NCBI GenBank assembly: GCA_043720875.1
Contig: JAYSRU010000196.1
Coordinates: 2,971-66,970 of the forward strand
From: Crocinitomicaceae bacterium
Lineage (GTDB): Bacteria > Bacteroidota > Bacteroidia > Flavobacteriales_D > Crocinitomicaceae
Direction: 5' to 3'
DNA length: 64,000 nucleotides
Under the pieces are notes generated by a model. The model made no database searches. It saw only the letters and a program-made list of their open reading frames with translations, and was not told the DNA's origin. Position 1 is the stretch's first letter; each line of letters opens with the position of its first letter. Both the position numbers and the translations under genes were made by a program. Below are positions 18,828 through 28,751 of this stretch, in pieces.

Positions 18828-20912
18828 ATGGCAACAACAAAGCAATTAACAAAGTCGAGCATTCAACTGGATGTATTGTATACTGCATTTCGTAAAATGG
18901 CAACAGCAAAAACGTTGGCAGAAAAATACGAAGACACCAAGGAAATTACAGCGAAATACGTGCATGCCACATCGCGTGGACACGAAGCAATTCAATTAGC
19001 TGTTGGGTTGCAATTACGCGCACAAGATTGGGTTTCTCCCTACTACCGAGACGATAGCATTCTTCTAGGCATGGGGATTTCACCTTATGAATTAATGCTG
19101 CAAGTTTTTGCTAAAAAAGACGATATTTTTTCAGGAGGTAGAACGTATTATTGTCACCCGTCTTTAAACAGAGCTGACATGGCAAAAATTATTCATCAAT
19201 CTTCCGCAACGGGCATGCAAGCCATTCCAACAACTGGAATTGCAATGGGTGTTCAATACCGTGAAAAGCAAGGTTTAGATACATGGGAGAAAGGTAATGC
19301 GCCGGTTGTTGTTTGTAGTTTGGGCGATGCATCTTGCACCGAAGGTGAGGTGAGTGAAGCTTTGCAAATGGCGGCGTTAAAACAATTTCCGATCGTATTT
19401 TTAGTACAAGATAACGGATGGGATATTTCGGCAAATGCAGCTGAAACACGTGCGCAAGATATTACCAAATATGCCCAAGGCTTTAATGGAATTGAAGTGC
19501 GAACCATTGACGGCAGTGATTTTGAGCTGTCTTATTCAACGATAAAAGAAGTATTTGATACAGTTAGAATCGAACGCAGACCATTTATTGTTCATGCTAA
19601 AGTTCCTTTGCTAGGACATCATACCTCTGGTGTACGTAAAGAATGGTATCGGGATGATTTAGAAGAAGCAGGATTGAGAGATCCCTATCCAAAATTATTG
19701 AATTTGATTCTTGAAAATGGAGGAACAAATTCAGAAATTGAAGCGATTGAAGCTGAAGTAAACGATCTTGTAAATTCAGATTACGACAAAGCTTTGAATG
19801 CAGAAGATCCTTCACCAAGTTCGGTGATTGACCATATTTTCGCACCTACTCCGATTACGGAAGAAAAAGGAGAACGCACACCAGCTGGGAAAAAGAAAAC
19901 TGTAATGGTTGATTCTGCCTTATTTGCAGTGCGCGAATTGATGGCAAAGCATCCGGAGTCATTGCTTTACGGTCAAGATGTTGGTGGAAGATTAGGAGGT
20001 GTTTTTCGTGAAGCTGCAACGTTAGCACAAACTTTTGGAGACGATCGCGTTTTCAATACACCCATACAAGAAGCATTTATTATCGGTAGCACAGTCGGAA
20101 TGGCTGCTACAGGACTTCGGCCTTTCGTAGAAGTACAATTTGCAGATTACATTTGGCCCGGTTTGAACCAATTATTTACAGAAGTGAGTAGATCCTATTA
20201 TTTATCGAATGGTAAATGGCCTGTAAGTGCAGTTATTCGTGTTCCAATTGGTGCATACGGATCTGGCGGACCTTATCATTCCTCAAGTGTAGAATCTGTT
20301 CTCACAAATATTAGAGGAGTAAAAATTGTTTACCCTTCAACTGGTGCCGATCTCAAGGGGTTAATGAAAGCAGCTTATTATGATCCAAACCCAGTTGTAA
20401 TGCTGGAACACAAAGGATTGTATTGGAGTAAAATTCCAGGAACAGAAGGAGCCATGTCTGTTGAGCCAGACGAAGATTATATTATCCCAATTGGTAAGGC
20501 GAGAATTGTTCAAGAAGCAGCACCTGAAAGAATAAAATCTGGCGAAAGTTTTACGGTAATCACGTATGGTATGGGTGTTTATTGGGCAACAAATGCGTGC
20601 AAAGATTTTGCTGACAAGGTAGAAATAGTTGATTTAAGAACATTACATCCACTTGATATGGATGCGATCTACGCCTCTGTGAATAAGCACGGAAAAGTAA
20701 TGTTGGTAACGGAAGAGTCGGTTGAAGCTAGCTTTACCTTAGGTTTGGCAGGAAGAATACAACGTGATTGTTTTAAAAATTTGGATGCGCCAATTTCAAT
20801 TGTTGGGGCAATAGATACGCCAGCAATTCCATTAAACAGTATTTTAGAAGCTACTTTATTGCCGAATGCAGAGAAGGTAAAAACAGAAATGTTAAAATTA
20901 TTAGCGTATTAA
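18828..20912 (+). CDS. Fused 2-oxoacid dehydrogenase E1 component, alpha/beta subunits (BCKDH-like)
   Basis: 694 aa. The N-terminal half resembles E1alpha (TPP-binding SLGDASCTEGEVSEALQMA) and the C-terminal half resembles E1beta/transketolase Pyr + C domains. Confidence 0.85.
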   Translation: MATTKQLTKSSIQLDVLYTAFRKMATAKTLAEKYEDTKEITAKYVHATSRGHEAIQLAVGLQLRAQDWVSPYYRDDSILLGMGISPYELMLQVFAKKDDIFSGGRTYYCHPSLNRADMAKIIHQSSATGMQAIPTTGIAMGVQYREKQGLDTWEKGNAPVVVCSLGDASCTEGEVSEALQMAALKQFPIVFLVQDNGWDISANAAETRAQDITKYAQGFNGIEVRTIDGSDFELSYSTIKEVFDTVRIERRPFIVHAKVPLLGHHTSGVRKEWYRDDLEEAGLRDPYPKLLNLILENGGTNSEIEAIEAEVNDLVNSDYDKALNAEDPSPSSVIDHIFAPTPITEEKGERTPAGKKKTVMVDSALFAVRELMAKHPESLLYGQDVGGRLGGVFREAATLAQTFGDDRVFNTPIQEAFIIGSTVGMAATGLRPFVEVQFADYIWPGLNQLFTEVSRSYYLSNGKWPVSAVIRVPIGAYGSGGPYHSSSVESVLTNIRGVKIVYPSTGADLKGLMKAAYYDPNPVVMLEHKGLYWSKIPGTEGAMSVEPDEDYIIPIGKARIVQEAAPERIKSGESFTVITYGMGVYWATNACKDFADKVEIVDLRTLHPLDMDAIYASVNKHGKVMLVTEESVEASFTLGLAGRIQRDCFKNLDAPISIVGAIDTPAIPLNSILEATLLPNAEKVKTEMLKLLAY

Positions 20913-20966
20913 TAACGTAACGATTCGTTAAAAGAGGATTGTAATAGAACACTTAAAAATAGATTT

Positions 20967-21746
20967 ATGAAAAACGTATGGATAGCAATTTTAACACTTA
21001 CATTTTTTGCGTGCGGTGAAGACAAAGGAGCAGAAGACAAAGAGAATTTGGGTGTTTTGGGTCAAAATTTAGCCAATTTGCCGGCTCAATTGGCTCAAAT
21101 TGATAGCGCTAAAATGAGTACTTGGAGCGAAGGTAGCAGTTTGAATTATTCCAAACTAGATGGCTTAGTAAGTATTGGTGTCAAAATGTATTTTGATGGT
21201 AAAAATGTAGAAAAATACGTTGAAAATTTTACAGAACAAGGCAAAGGAGGCATGCGTGCTTATTATTTAAAAGAGGCTAAAATATTTGCAATCTATGAAT
21301 TGTATGAAGAAAACAGCAATCCTGAAAAAGCATATATGGTAGAGCGTTATTCGTTAGTTGCGAATGACAAAGTAACCGAATGTACAGAGCGTGTGGCGGA
21401 TTTTGAGACTGACTTAATCAACAAGTCGTTCCAAAAATCAGAAGTGAAATCAATTGACATTGCTAGAATGATTAGGGCGATAAATCAAAAGGGAGAATTC
21501 GCAACAACTTTTCAAGGATTTTTGGACCAAGGTGGGGTAGTGTATATGTTGGTGGGAGAACCAAAACCAGGGAAGGATGCTTTTACTTCGGCCTTACAAG
21601 TGGATATGCGTGATCAATTAATTCACGATTTAATGTCGGATCCTGACATTTACATTAACCGAAAAGTGAGAGTTGAGTATGAATCGATGACTGATCCTAA
21701 TTCAGGATTTACGGCTCAGCTTTACTTGCATGGAGATTTTATCTAA
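20967..21746 (+). CDS. Hypothetical lipoprotein
   Basis: 259 aa. Lipobox-like LTFFAC at the end of the signal peptide. No recognisable catalytic motif. Confidence 0.5.
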   Translation: MKNVWIAILTLTFFACGEDKGAEDKENLGVLGQNLANLPAQLAQIDSAKMSTWSEGSSLNYSKLDGLVSIGVKMYFDGKNVEKYVENFTEQGKGGMRAYYLKEAKIFAIYELYEENSNPEKAYMVERYSLVANDKVTECTERVADFETDLINKSFQKSEVKSIDIARMIRAINQKGEFATTFQGFLDQGGVVYMLVGEPKPGKDAFTSALQVDMRDQLIHDLMSDPDIYINRKVRVEYESMTDPNSGFTAQLYLHGDFI

Positions 21747-21772
21747 CATACAACCACAGTTTCATTTCCTAA

Positions 21773-22225
21773 ATGGTCTCACCTCGAATTAGAGCATATC
21801 ACGTTACAGATAAAGAAAATGTAGTAGTGCTGTTGGATTTAAATACACCACAGTATTTTGCAGCCGAAGAAAAACAAGATTTTATTTCCTATTTGGAGAA
21901 TGAAATAGAATATTACTATGTTGCTGAATTAGACAACGCAATAATAGCTTGCAGGGGATTTAATTTTGCGAAAGATGACACGAATGGATTTATCGTATGG
22001 GATATCGTTCATCCTGAATTTCAAGGTAAGGGAGTTGGGAAATCACTGTTGAATTTCAGAATAGAAAAGTTGCAGTCATTTGACAGTATCAATAAAATAA
22101 CAGTCAGAACATCCCAACACGTCTTTGCATTTTATGAAAAGGCTGGATTTAATCTAGTTGACATTAAAAAGAATTATTGGGCTGAAGGATTCGATTTATA
22201 CCATATGGAATTATTGTTGCACTAG
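21773..22225 (+). CDS. GNAT-family N-acetyltransferase
   Basis: 150 aa. Acetyl-CoA-binding motif A (FQGKGVGKSLL) and a YEKAGF tail motif. Confidence 0.75.
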   Translation: MVSPRIRAYHVTDKENVVVLLDLNTPQYFAAEEKQDFISYLENEIEYYYVAELDNAIIACRGFNFAKDDTNGFIVWDIVHPEFQGKGVGKSLLNFRIEKLQSFDSINKITVRTSQHVFAFYEKAGFNLVDIKKNYWAEGFDLYHMELLLH

Positions 22226-22274
22226 AACCTAAAAATGTTTAATTTCAACCTTTTAAAATGATTTTATTAATTAT

Positions 22275-23489
22275 ATGTTGAGATTAGTTGAATTGATTTT
22301 AAATTGTGGTGTAAAAACCCAGTACCAGACTTGGCAAATCCACTTAACTCGAAAATTGAATGCGATTGCATTAGTTTCTTCTATCAATGGAATTGTTGCC
22401 ATTGCTTTTTGTGCTTGGCTAGGTATCAATGATTTTTTGTACGACTTTCTTTTCGTTATTTGCTTGTCTCCAGTAATTGTATTGTTTAATTTTTACAAAA
22501 ATTACGTATGGTCAATATATTTTTTCTTTTTCTGTAGTATATGTGTCACATTACCTATTTTAACACTAAAAATGGGCCTCGCTTCTAATATTTATCTGTT
22601 TTATTTCCCAGTTGTCATAAGTTTAGTACAAATTCTCGGAAGAAAAGAACTTGTTAAACACCTTATGTATTTTGGAATTATTATTATAGTAACTGTGTTT
22701 TTTTTAGGATATGGAATTTTTAACGACCTACTTCATATTAACTTCCCTACCGAGATTGTTTTTCTTGTGTCTATATTTAATTTAATACTATCATTGGTAA
22801 CAACAATCATATTCACACTAATTATTACCAAGGAATCGATTGCGCAAGAAACAAAATTAAATACCTTAGTAAAAGAAAAAGATCTTTTATTGGCTGAGGT
22901 TTTCCACAGGGTAAAGAATAACATGAATATCGTTACAAGCTTATTGAATCTGAAGAAAAACATGGCAGATTCGTGTGAAGTAAAATCCGCGTTGGAAGAT
23001 TGTCAAAATCGAATATATTCTATGGCGTTAGTGCACAATACTATTTACAGAAGCAAAGATTTCATTGGATTAAATTTTAAGGCCTATGTGCAAAAATTGG
23101 TGCATGAAATTTCAACTTCACTCGGACATGCCAATGAAGTTGAAATTGTCTTAAAGATGGAAAACACCGATTTAGATTTGGTCAACGCTATTCCCTGCGG
23201 ATTAATCTTAAATGAACTCATTACCAATTCCTTTAAATACGCAAAAGAAGATGGTAAAATCTTAGTCATTACTATCGACATTCAAAAAAATGATAATACC
23301 ATTGTATTTCAGGTGAGTGACAATGGTCCAGGAATTTTGAATTTAAATGAAACCGAAAATTCAACATTAGGAATTGAACTCATCAAATCTTTAACGGAAC
23401 AAATTGATGGAATGTGTTCCTTTTCTAATGATAACGGATTAAAGTTTACCCTTACATTTCAATTAAAACATGAAGTGAAGCTGCGGTAA
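22275..23489 (+). CDS. Membrane sensor histidine kinase, HisKA_2/HWE-like H-box
   Basis: 404 aa. About 190-aa polytopic N-terminus, H-box EVFHRVKNNMNIVTSLLNL, N-box LILNELITNSFKYA, G-box VSDNGPGI. Confidence 0.8.
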   Translation: MLRLVELILNCGVKTQYQTWQIHLTRKLNAIALVSSINGIVAIAFCAWLGINDFLYDFLFVICLSPVIVLFNFYKNYVWSIYFFFFCSICVTLPILTLKMGLASNIYLFYFPVVISLVQILGRKELVKHLMYFGIIIIVTVFFLGYGIFNDLLHINFPTEIVFLVSIFNLILSLVTTIIFTLIITKESIAQETKLNTLVKEKDLLLAEVFHRVKNNMNIVTSLLNLKKNMADSCEVKSALEDCQNRIYSMALVHNTIYRSKDFIGLNFKAYVQKLVHEISTSLGHANEVEIVLKMENTDLDLVNAIPCGLILNELITNSFKYAKEDGKILVITIDIQKNDNTIVFQVSDNGPGILNLNETENSTLGIELIKSLTEQIDGMCSFSNDNGLKFTLTFQLKHEVKLR

Positions 23490-24773
23490 TTATTCAACCA
23501 CAAGAATAAAGTTATTCTTTTTTCCTTTGCCTAATAACACATAACGATTTGAAATTAAATCATGCTGTGTTATCATTTTATCTCCATCAACCTTTTCTTT
23601 ATTCACCGTGATCGCATTGGCAGCCAATTCTCTTTTAGCTTCGCCATTGGAAGCAAGAAAATTTCCTTTTCCAACCAAAGCATCTGTAATACTTAATCCA
23701 CTGTCAAATTCTGTTCTTGAAATTATTGCTTGTGGAACGCCTTCGAAAATTTCTGAAAATTGTTGTGCATTAAGCTTTTTGAGTTCTTCTGCACTTGCTT
23801 TTCCGAACAAAATATTACTCGCATTTATTGCCGAATCTAGGGCTTCTTGACCATGAACCCTCACTGTAACTTCTTCTGCAATTGCTTTCTGCAAAGAACG
23901 TAAATGCGGAGCTTCTAAATGGTCAACTTCAATTTTTTCAATTGTTTCTTGCGACATTAACGTATAAAAACGGATTAATTTTTTCGCATCTTCATCGCTT
24001 GCATTCAACCAAAATTGGTAAAAAGCGAAGGGCGACGTTTTTTCAGCATCTAGCCAAACCGTTCCACTTTCCGTTTTTCCGAATTTTCCGCCGTCAGATT
24101 TTGTTAATAGCGGACACGTAAGTGCAAAAGCTTCACCATTTGCTTTTTTACGAATCAATTCTGTTCCTGTGGTAATATTTCCCCACTGATCAGATCCACC
24201 AATTTGAAGTTTACAATTATGGTGCGTGTAAAGGTGAAGAAAATCATACCCTTGCAGTAGCTGGTAAGAGAATTCGGTAAAGCTTATTCCTGTTTCGATT
24301 CTTTTCTTCACAGAATCTTTCGCCATCATATAATTGACCGTAATGTGTTTTCCAATGTCACGAATGAAGTCTAAAAAACTGAAATCTTTCATCCAATCAT
24401 AGTTATTTAGCATCAACGCGGGATTATTTGGTGCGTTGAAGTCTAAAAATCGTTTCAATTGTTGACTTACCCCTTCCACATTTTTTGCTAATTGTTCTGG
24501 CGTTTGTAGATTTCGTTCGGCAGATTTTCCTGATGGATCTCCAACCATTCCAGTCGCCCCTCCAACCAATGCAATGGGCTGATTACCTGAGCGCTGTAAG
24601 TGAACCAATAACATGATCGGCAATAAGTTGCCTACATGCAAAGAATCTGAAGTTGGATCAAAGCCGACGTAACCTGCCGTCATTTCTTTCAACAATTGCG
24701 CTTCGGTTCCAGGCATCACATCGTGAATCATCCCTCTCCATTTCAGTTCCTCTATAAAATTTATTGCTTTCAC
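23490..24773 (-). CDS. tyrS: Tyrosine--tRNA ligase
   Basis: 427 aa, GTG start. HIGH-type motif (LHVGNLLP), KMSKS-type motif (KFGKT), C-terminal S4-like domain. Its stop codon abuts the stop of the convergent kinase gene. Confidence 0.95.
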   Translation of the reverse strand: MKAINFIEELKWRGMIHDVMPGTEAQLLKEMTAGYVGFDPTSDSLHVGNLLPIMLLVHLQRSGNQPIALVGGATGMVGDPSGKSAERNLQTPEQLAKNVEGVSQQLKRFLDFNAPNNPALMLNNYDWMKDFSFLDFIRDIGKHITVNYMMAKDSVKKRIETGISFTEFSYQLLQGYDFLHLYTHHNCKLQIGGSDQWGNITTGTELIRKKANGEAFALTCPLLTKSDGGKFGKTESGTVWLDAEKTSPFAFYQFWLNASDEDAKKLIRFYTLMSQETIEKIEVDHLEAPHLRSLQKAIAEEVTVRVHGQEALDSAINASNILFGKASAEELKKLNAQQFSEIFEGVPQAIISRTEFDSGLSITDALVGKGNFLASNGEAKRELAANAITVNKEKVDGDKMITQHDLISNRYVLLGKGKKNNFILVVE

Positions 24774-24799
24774 TCGGTTTGATGTTTTTTGTTTGAGTA

Positions 24800-24807
24800 C
24801 AAAGATA
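24800..24807 (-). promoter_or_regulatory. -7 promoter box (TATCTTTG) for tyrS
   Basis: Perfect TAnnTTTG on the minus strand, 26 nt upstream of the tyrS GTG start. Confidence 0.35.
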
Positions 24808-24905
24808 ACTTTCTTAAAGACAAGAATTCAATTCAAAATCAAATTTGTTATTTAGAGGTAATTATTGAGTAGCTTTATCAAGTAATTGTAGAAATCAATT
24901 CCATC

Positions 24906-25079
24906 ATGAAAAAAATAATTCCATACGTAGCTGGGGCAGTAGTGTTTTTTTTGATTTATTTTTTTGTTTATAAGCATGAAGCCAAAGATTCATTGTTAAG
25001 AACAATTATGTCTTTGTTTTTTGTGATTCTATTTACAGCAGGCTATACGTTTCTTTCTAGAAAAAAGAAAAATAACTAA
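24906..25079 (+). CDS. Small (57 aa) two-helix membrane protein, below the ORF-track cutoff
   Basis: My translation: MKKIIPYVAGAVVFFLIYFFVYKHEAKDSLLRTIMSLFFVILFTAGYTFLSRKKKNN. ATG start, TAA stop, two hydrophobic helices and a basic C-terminus, in an otherwise empty 422-bp gap. Confidence 0.35.
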   Translation: MKKIIPYVAGAVVFFLIYFFVYKHEAKDSLLRTIMSLFFVILFTAGYTFLSRKKKNN

Positions 25080-25195
25080 TTCAACAATTATTTAGACTAG
25101 AAATTTCATTACTCAATAATTAGGAATAAAAAATATTCTATTTCATTTTAGTTCATCTTTTCAAAAACAAGTAACTTAGCAAAAAATATATCATT

Positions 25196-25720
25196 ATGTT
25201 AATGCCTTTCAATCTTAATGCTTGGATCAACGAGCACCGCGAATTTTTAAAACCACCTATCGGAAATAAAAACTTATATGTGCAAGCAGGAGATTTTATT
25301 GTAATGGTGGTTGGTGGCCCGAACGCTAGAAAAGATTACCATTACAACGAAAGCGAAGAATTATTTTATCAGTTGGAAGGTGATGTTACCGTAAAGGTTC
25401 AACAGGATGGTAAAGCGGTTGACGTAGTTATCAAAGAAGGTGATATTTTCCTTCTACCGGCAATGATTCCGCATTCTCCGATTCGCGGCGAAAATACGGT
25501 TGGTTTGGTAATCGAACGTGTACGTAAAGGAACAAATTTGGTAGATGGCTTGTATTGGTTTTGTGACAATTGCAATCATGAACTACACCATTACCGTTTT
25601 CCACTTCAAGATATCGAAAAAGATTTTATCTCTCGTTTTAGAGATTTTTACGCATCCATCGACTTACGCACGTGTGATGCTTGTGGGACAATAATGGATA
25701 CGGATCCTAGATTTGTTTAA
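25196..25720 (+). CDS. 3-hydroxyanthranilate 3,4-dioxygenase
   Basis: 174 aa. Cupin core (DYHYNESEELFYQLEGD ... IPHSP) and C-terminal rubredoxin-like Cys pairs (CDNC ... CDAC). Confidence 0.85.
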   Translation: MLMPFNLNAWINEHREFLKPPIGNKNLYVQAGDFIVMVVGGPNARKDYHYNESEELFYQLEGDVTVKVQQDGKAVDVVIKEGDIFLLPAMIPHSPIRGENTVGLVIERVRKGTNLVDGLYWFCDNCNHELHHYRFPLQDIEKDFISRFRDFYASIDLRTCDACGTIMDTDPRFV

Positions 25721-25755
25721 TTCGTTTCAAGTGCCACCTTTATTTCTAAATTGCA

Positions 25756-26958
25756 ATGATTGAAACACCTTTTGTGATTTTACAAACCAGTGAGCAACAA
25801 CAATTGGTTGCCATTGGATCGCACCGCACATTGGAGTGTGAAAATACATTTGGCGCACTTCAAATGTTGGATGTTTTTACAGACCAACACAAAGGTTCGT
25901 ATATTTTTCTTTCCTTATCCTACGATTTAAAAAATGCGATAGAAGTGCTCGAATCAAATAATTCAAATCCAATTGCTTTCCCGTCTATTGTTGCTTTCGT
26001 TCCATCCTGTGTGTGGGAAGTTCAAAATAAAAAGGCAAAAGTTGTTTTTGGCGAAACTAATTCTGAATTTGAGAATCAATTAGCTAGTTTTTTGCAACCA
26101 ACCAAAGAAAAACTTCCCTCAATTGAATTCGTTCCAGAGATTTCGAAAGAGAGGTATTTGTCCGATGTGAAAGAGCTACAAGAAGAAATTCAACAAGGAA
26201 ATATTTACGAGATTAATTTTTGCCAGCACTATTTAGGAAAAACGCCTAAAAAAAATTGGAATCCAATTGCTGTGCATCAACAGTTAATGGCACAAACAAA
26301 AGCACCTTTTTCTGCCTATTTTGCCTTTGATGAATTAGAAGTATTTTGTGCAAGTCCTGAACGTTTTTTAGAGAAAAAAGGAACTACTTTAAGGTCACAA
26401 CCCATCAAAGGAACCGCAAAAAGGAGTAAAGATCCTGTTGCGGATGAAAACTTGAAACAAGCGCTTTTAGCGAGTAAGAAAGAAACAGCAGAAAACGTAA
26501 TGATCGTTGATTTGGTGCGCAATGATTTCTCAAAAATTGCCGTAAAGAATTCTGTTAAAGTTACTGAGTTGTTTGGTTTGTATACGTTTGAAACTGTGCA
26601 TCAAATGATTTCTACCATTGAGTGTGAAGTTGCAGAAAGCATTTCGTTTGTAGACATTTTAAAAGCAACTTTCCCTATGGGAAGCATGACAGGAGCGCCT
26701 AAAATTAGTGCTATGAAATTAGCAGAGCAAAAAGAGTCGTTTAAACGTGGTATTTATTCTGGAGCAATTGGATACATTGCCCCAAACGGTGATTTTGATT
26801 TAAATGTTGTCATTCGCTCATTGTTACACGATACCAAGAAACGAAATATTTCTTGTGCTGTTGGCGGAGCGATTACAATTTTAAGTGATCCTGAAGCAGA
26901 ATACGACGAGTGCTTGGTTAAAGTGGGTAAAATTTTAGCATTGTTCAATGGCAATTGA
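25756..26958 (+). CDS. pabB: Aminodeoxychorismate synthase component I-like (chorismate-binding enzyme)
   Basis: 400 aa. Chorismate-binding signature FPMGSMTGAPK and SGAIGY. PabB versus TrpE/MenF cannot be separated by eye. Confidence 0.7.
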   Translation: MIETPFVILQTSEQQQLVAIGSHRTLECENTFGALQMLDVFTDQHKGSYIFLSLSYDLKNAIEVLESNNSNPIAFPSIVAFVPSCVWEVQNKKAKVVFGETNSEFENQLASFLQPTKEKLPSIEFVPEISKERYLSDVKELQEEIQQGNIYEINFCQHYLGKTPKKNWNPIAVHQQLMAQTKAPFSAYFAFDELEVFCASPERFLEKKGTTLRSQPIKGTAKRSKDPVADENLKQALLASKKETAENVMIVDLVRNDFSKIAVKNSVKVTELFGLYTFETVHQMISTIECEVAESISFVDILKATFPMGSMTGAPKISAMKLAEQKESFKRGIYSGAIGYIAPNGDFDLNVVIRSLLHDTKKRNISCAVGGAITILSDPEAEYDECLVKVGKILALFNGN

Positions 26959-28186
26959 CCTGAACTCATTTCTTAAGCAACATGTCGATGCTGCTGATAC
27001 TACTACATTTTTCCTTGCGGTAAGTGGCGGTGTTGACTCCATGATTTTGTTGCATAAATTTCATGCATTACACTTAAAATGCGTTGTTTTACATGTCAAT
27101 TATCAATTGCGTGAGGAAGATTCCGACTTGGATCAAAAACTGGTTGAATCCACCTGTAATGCAATGAATATTCCTTGTAAAACACTGGTTGTAGATAAAT
27201 TGCAACTAAAAAATAGAGAAAAAGGAAATTTACAAGAGATCGCACGGCGGTTGCGGTATGATTTTTTTGCACGTGAAATGGCCAATACAAGCAACGCAAA
27301 ACTGGTATTAGGACATCATAAAAACGATCAAGCGGAAACGTTTTTAATGCACTTAGATCGTAAGGCAGGGATTATGGGATTAGCTTGTATGGCTCCGAGT
27401 CATGCAAATATTCTACGTCCGTTACTCAATTATTCCAAACAGGAATTGTATGCTGAAGCTAACAGTCTTCAAGTGAAATGGAGAGAAGATGGAAGTAATA
27501 GTAGAACGAATTACTACCGAAATTTTATAAGGCAAAATATTATTCCAGTTTGGGAAGAAAAATCTCATAATCTCATAGATCATTTGGCAGAAAATGCAAT
27601 CTTTTTTCAAGTACTTCAAAAAGAATTGGAAGTGCGTATTGCATTAATTTTAGCACAAGGAAAAACCGTTTCAATCGAAACTTGGGTTAAACTCTTGAGT
27701 ATTGAAAAGGCTGAGGTATTGCGCCAATGGAATTTTCCAACACAAATGGTGAATGAAGTTACTGATTTATTAAATTGCCAGGTTGGAAAATATGTTGCGG
27801 GTAATGGATTAACGATTTTTAGAGAACGAGATTTTTTGGTTTTAACTGATCAGGTGGAGGCTGCTATTCCTTTAATTTGTATCGAAAAAGTAAATTCATT
27901 TCAAAAAAATCTTGGCAATGTTGCATTCTTAGATGGATCAAAGATTTCTGGTGAACTGCGCTTGCGTAAATGGAAAACAGGAGATAGAATGATACCACTA
28001 GGTATGAAAGGTTCTAAACTTATTAGTACAATTTTGGCAAATGACAAGGTGTTAAGTAGCCAAAAAAAGAATTTTTTAGTGCTGGAAGATGATAAAATTA
28101 TTCATTGGTTAGTAGGAATTAGGGTTTCTGATTGTTCAAAAATTACAAATGAAACTATTGATATTCAAAAGGTTAGCTTGGCTTGA
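26948..28186 (+). CDS. tilS: tRNA(Ile)-lysidine synthase
   Basis: 412 aa. PP-loop LAVSGGVDSM. Overlaps the pabB-like gene by 11 nt. Confidence 0.85.
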   Translation: MAIDLNSFLKQHVDAADTTTFFLAVSGGVDSMILLHKFHALHLKCVVLHVNYQLREEDSDLDQKLVESTCNAMNIPCKTLVVDKLQLKNREKGNLQEIARRLRYDFFAREMANTSNAKLVLGHHKNDQAETFLMHLDRKAGIMGLACMAPSHANILRPLLNYSKQELYAEANSLQVKWREDGSNSRTNYYRNFIRQNIIPVWEEKSHNLIDHLAENAIFFQVLQKELEVRIALILAQGKTVSIETWVKLLSIEKAEVLRQWNFPTQMVNEVTDLLNCQVGKYVAGNGLTIFRERDFLVLTDQVEAAIPLICIEKVNSFQKNLGNVAFLDGSKISGELRLRKWKTGDRMIPLGMKGSKLISTILANDKVLSSQKKNFLVLEDDKIIHWLVGIRVSDCSKITNETIDIQKVSLA

Positions 28187-28337
28187 CTTGTTCATGGCTG
28201 GATCTTATTGAATATTTTTAATGTATTTTGTTTGTTTATTGAATATGTTTTGTACATTAGAGTATTGCAAAGCTTTCTTTCTGTGCTAGCTAGAACAATC
28301 ACATTTCAAATATATTCATCTCAAATAATGCTAAATT

Positions 28338-28628
28338 ATGACAGCAACACAACTCGACGTACCGACTTTAATTGAAAAAGAAACTATTCCAAGTTTGAAT
28401 TTTCGTGATGCAAGTATAGAAGTGAACCAAAGTAAGACATTGAGGTTTGATTTAGAACGCGCTACATCTTTAGGGAATCTATATCATGTAAAAGTAGGAA
28501 TCGTATTTCAAGACGATAATGGTATTAAACGCGTGAATACAACAATTTGGGCAACTGGATCCAAGTATATTTCGTTGAAAGGAGGATTATGGATTCCGAT
28601 TTCCAGAATAGTAGAAATTGACGCTTAA
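28338..28628 (+). CDS. Hypothetical 96-aa protein
   Basis: Clean ATG ORF in its own intergenic context. No recognisable motif. Confidence 0.45.
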   Translation: MTATQLDVPTLIEKETIPSLNFRDASIEVNQSKTLRFDLERATSLGNLYHVKVGIVFQDDNGIKRVNTTIWATGSKYISLKGGLWIPISRIVEIDA

Positions 28629-28751
28629 CTCAATATTGACAGCAATTAGTCGGATAAATAATTGAAATACATCCCATACATTTGTTTGGGAGTTACGAAA
28701 GTGAGCGAATAGCTCCTAGGCTCTTCATCTGCTAGAGCAAAAAATACATAG

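Noticed and set aside
21773-22225. GNAT acetyltransferase as a possible GNAT-type toxin of a toxin-antitoxin pair.
   Set aside because: There is no small RHH/DUF1778-type antitoxin gene adjacent on either side. The neighbours are a lipoprotein gene and a histidine kinase.
24774-24905. Possible T-box or other leader upstream of tyrS.
   Set aside because: The region is only about 130 nt and AT-rich, with no specifier-loop/T-box consensus and no terminator/antiterminator pair. T-boxes are not a Bacteroidota feature. A plain -7 box at 24800..24807 explains the region.
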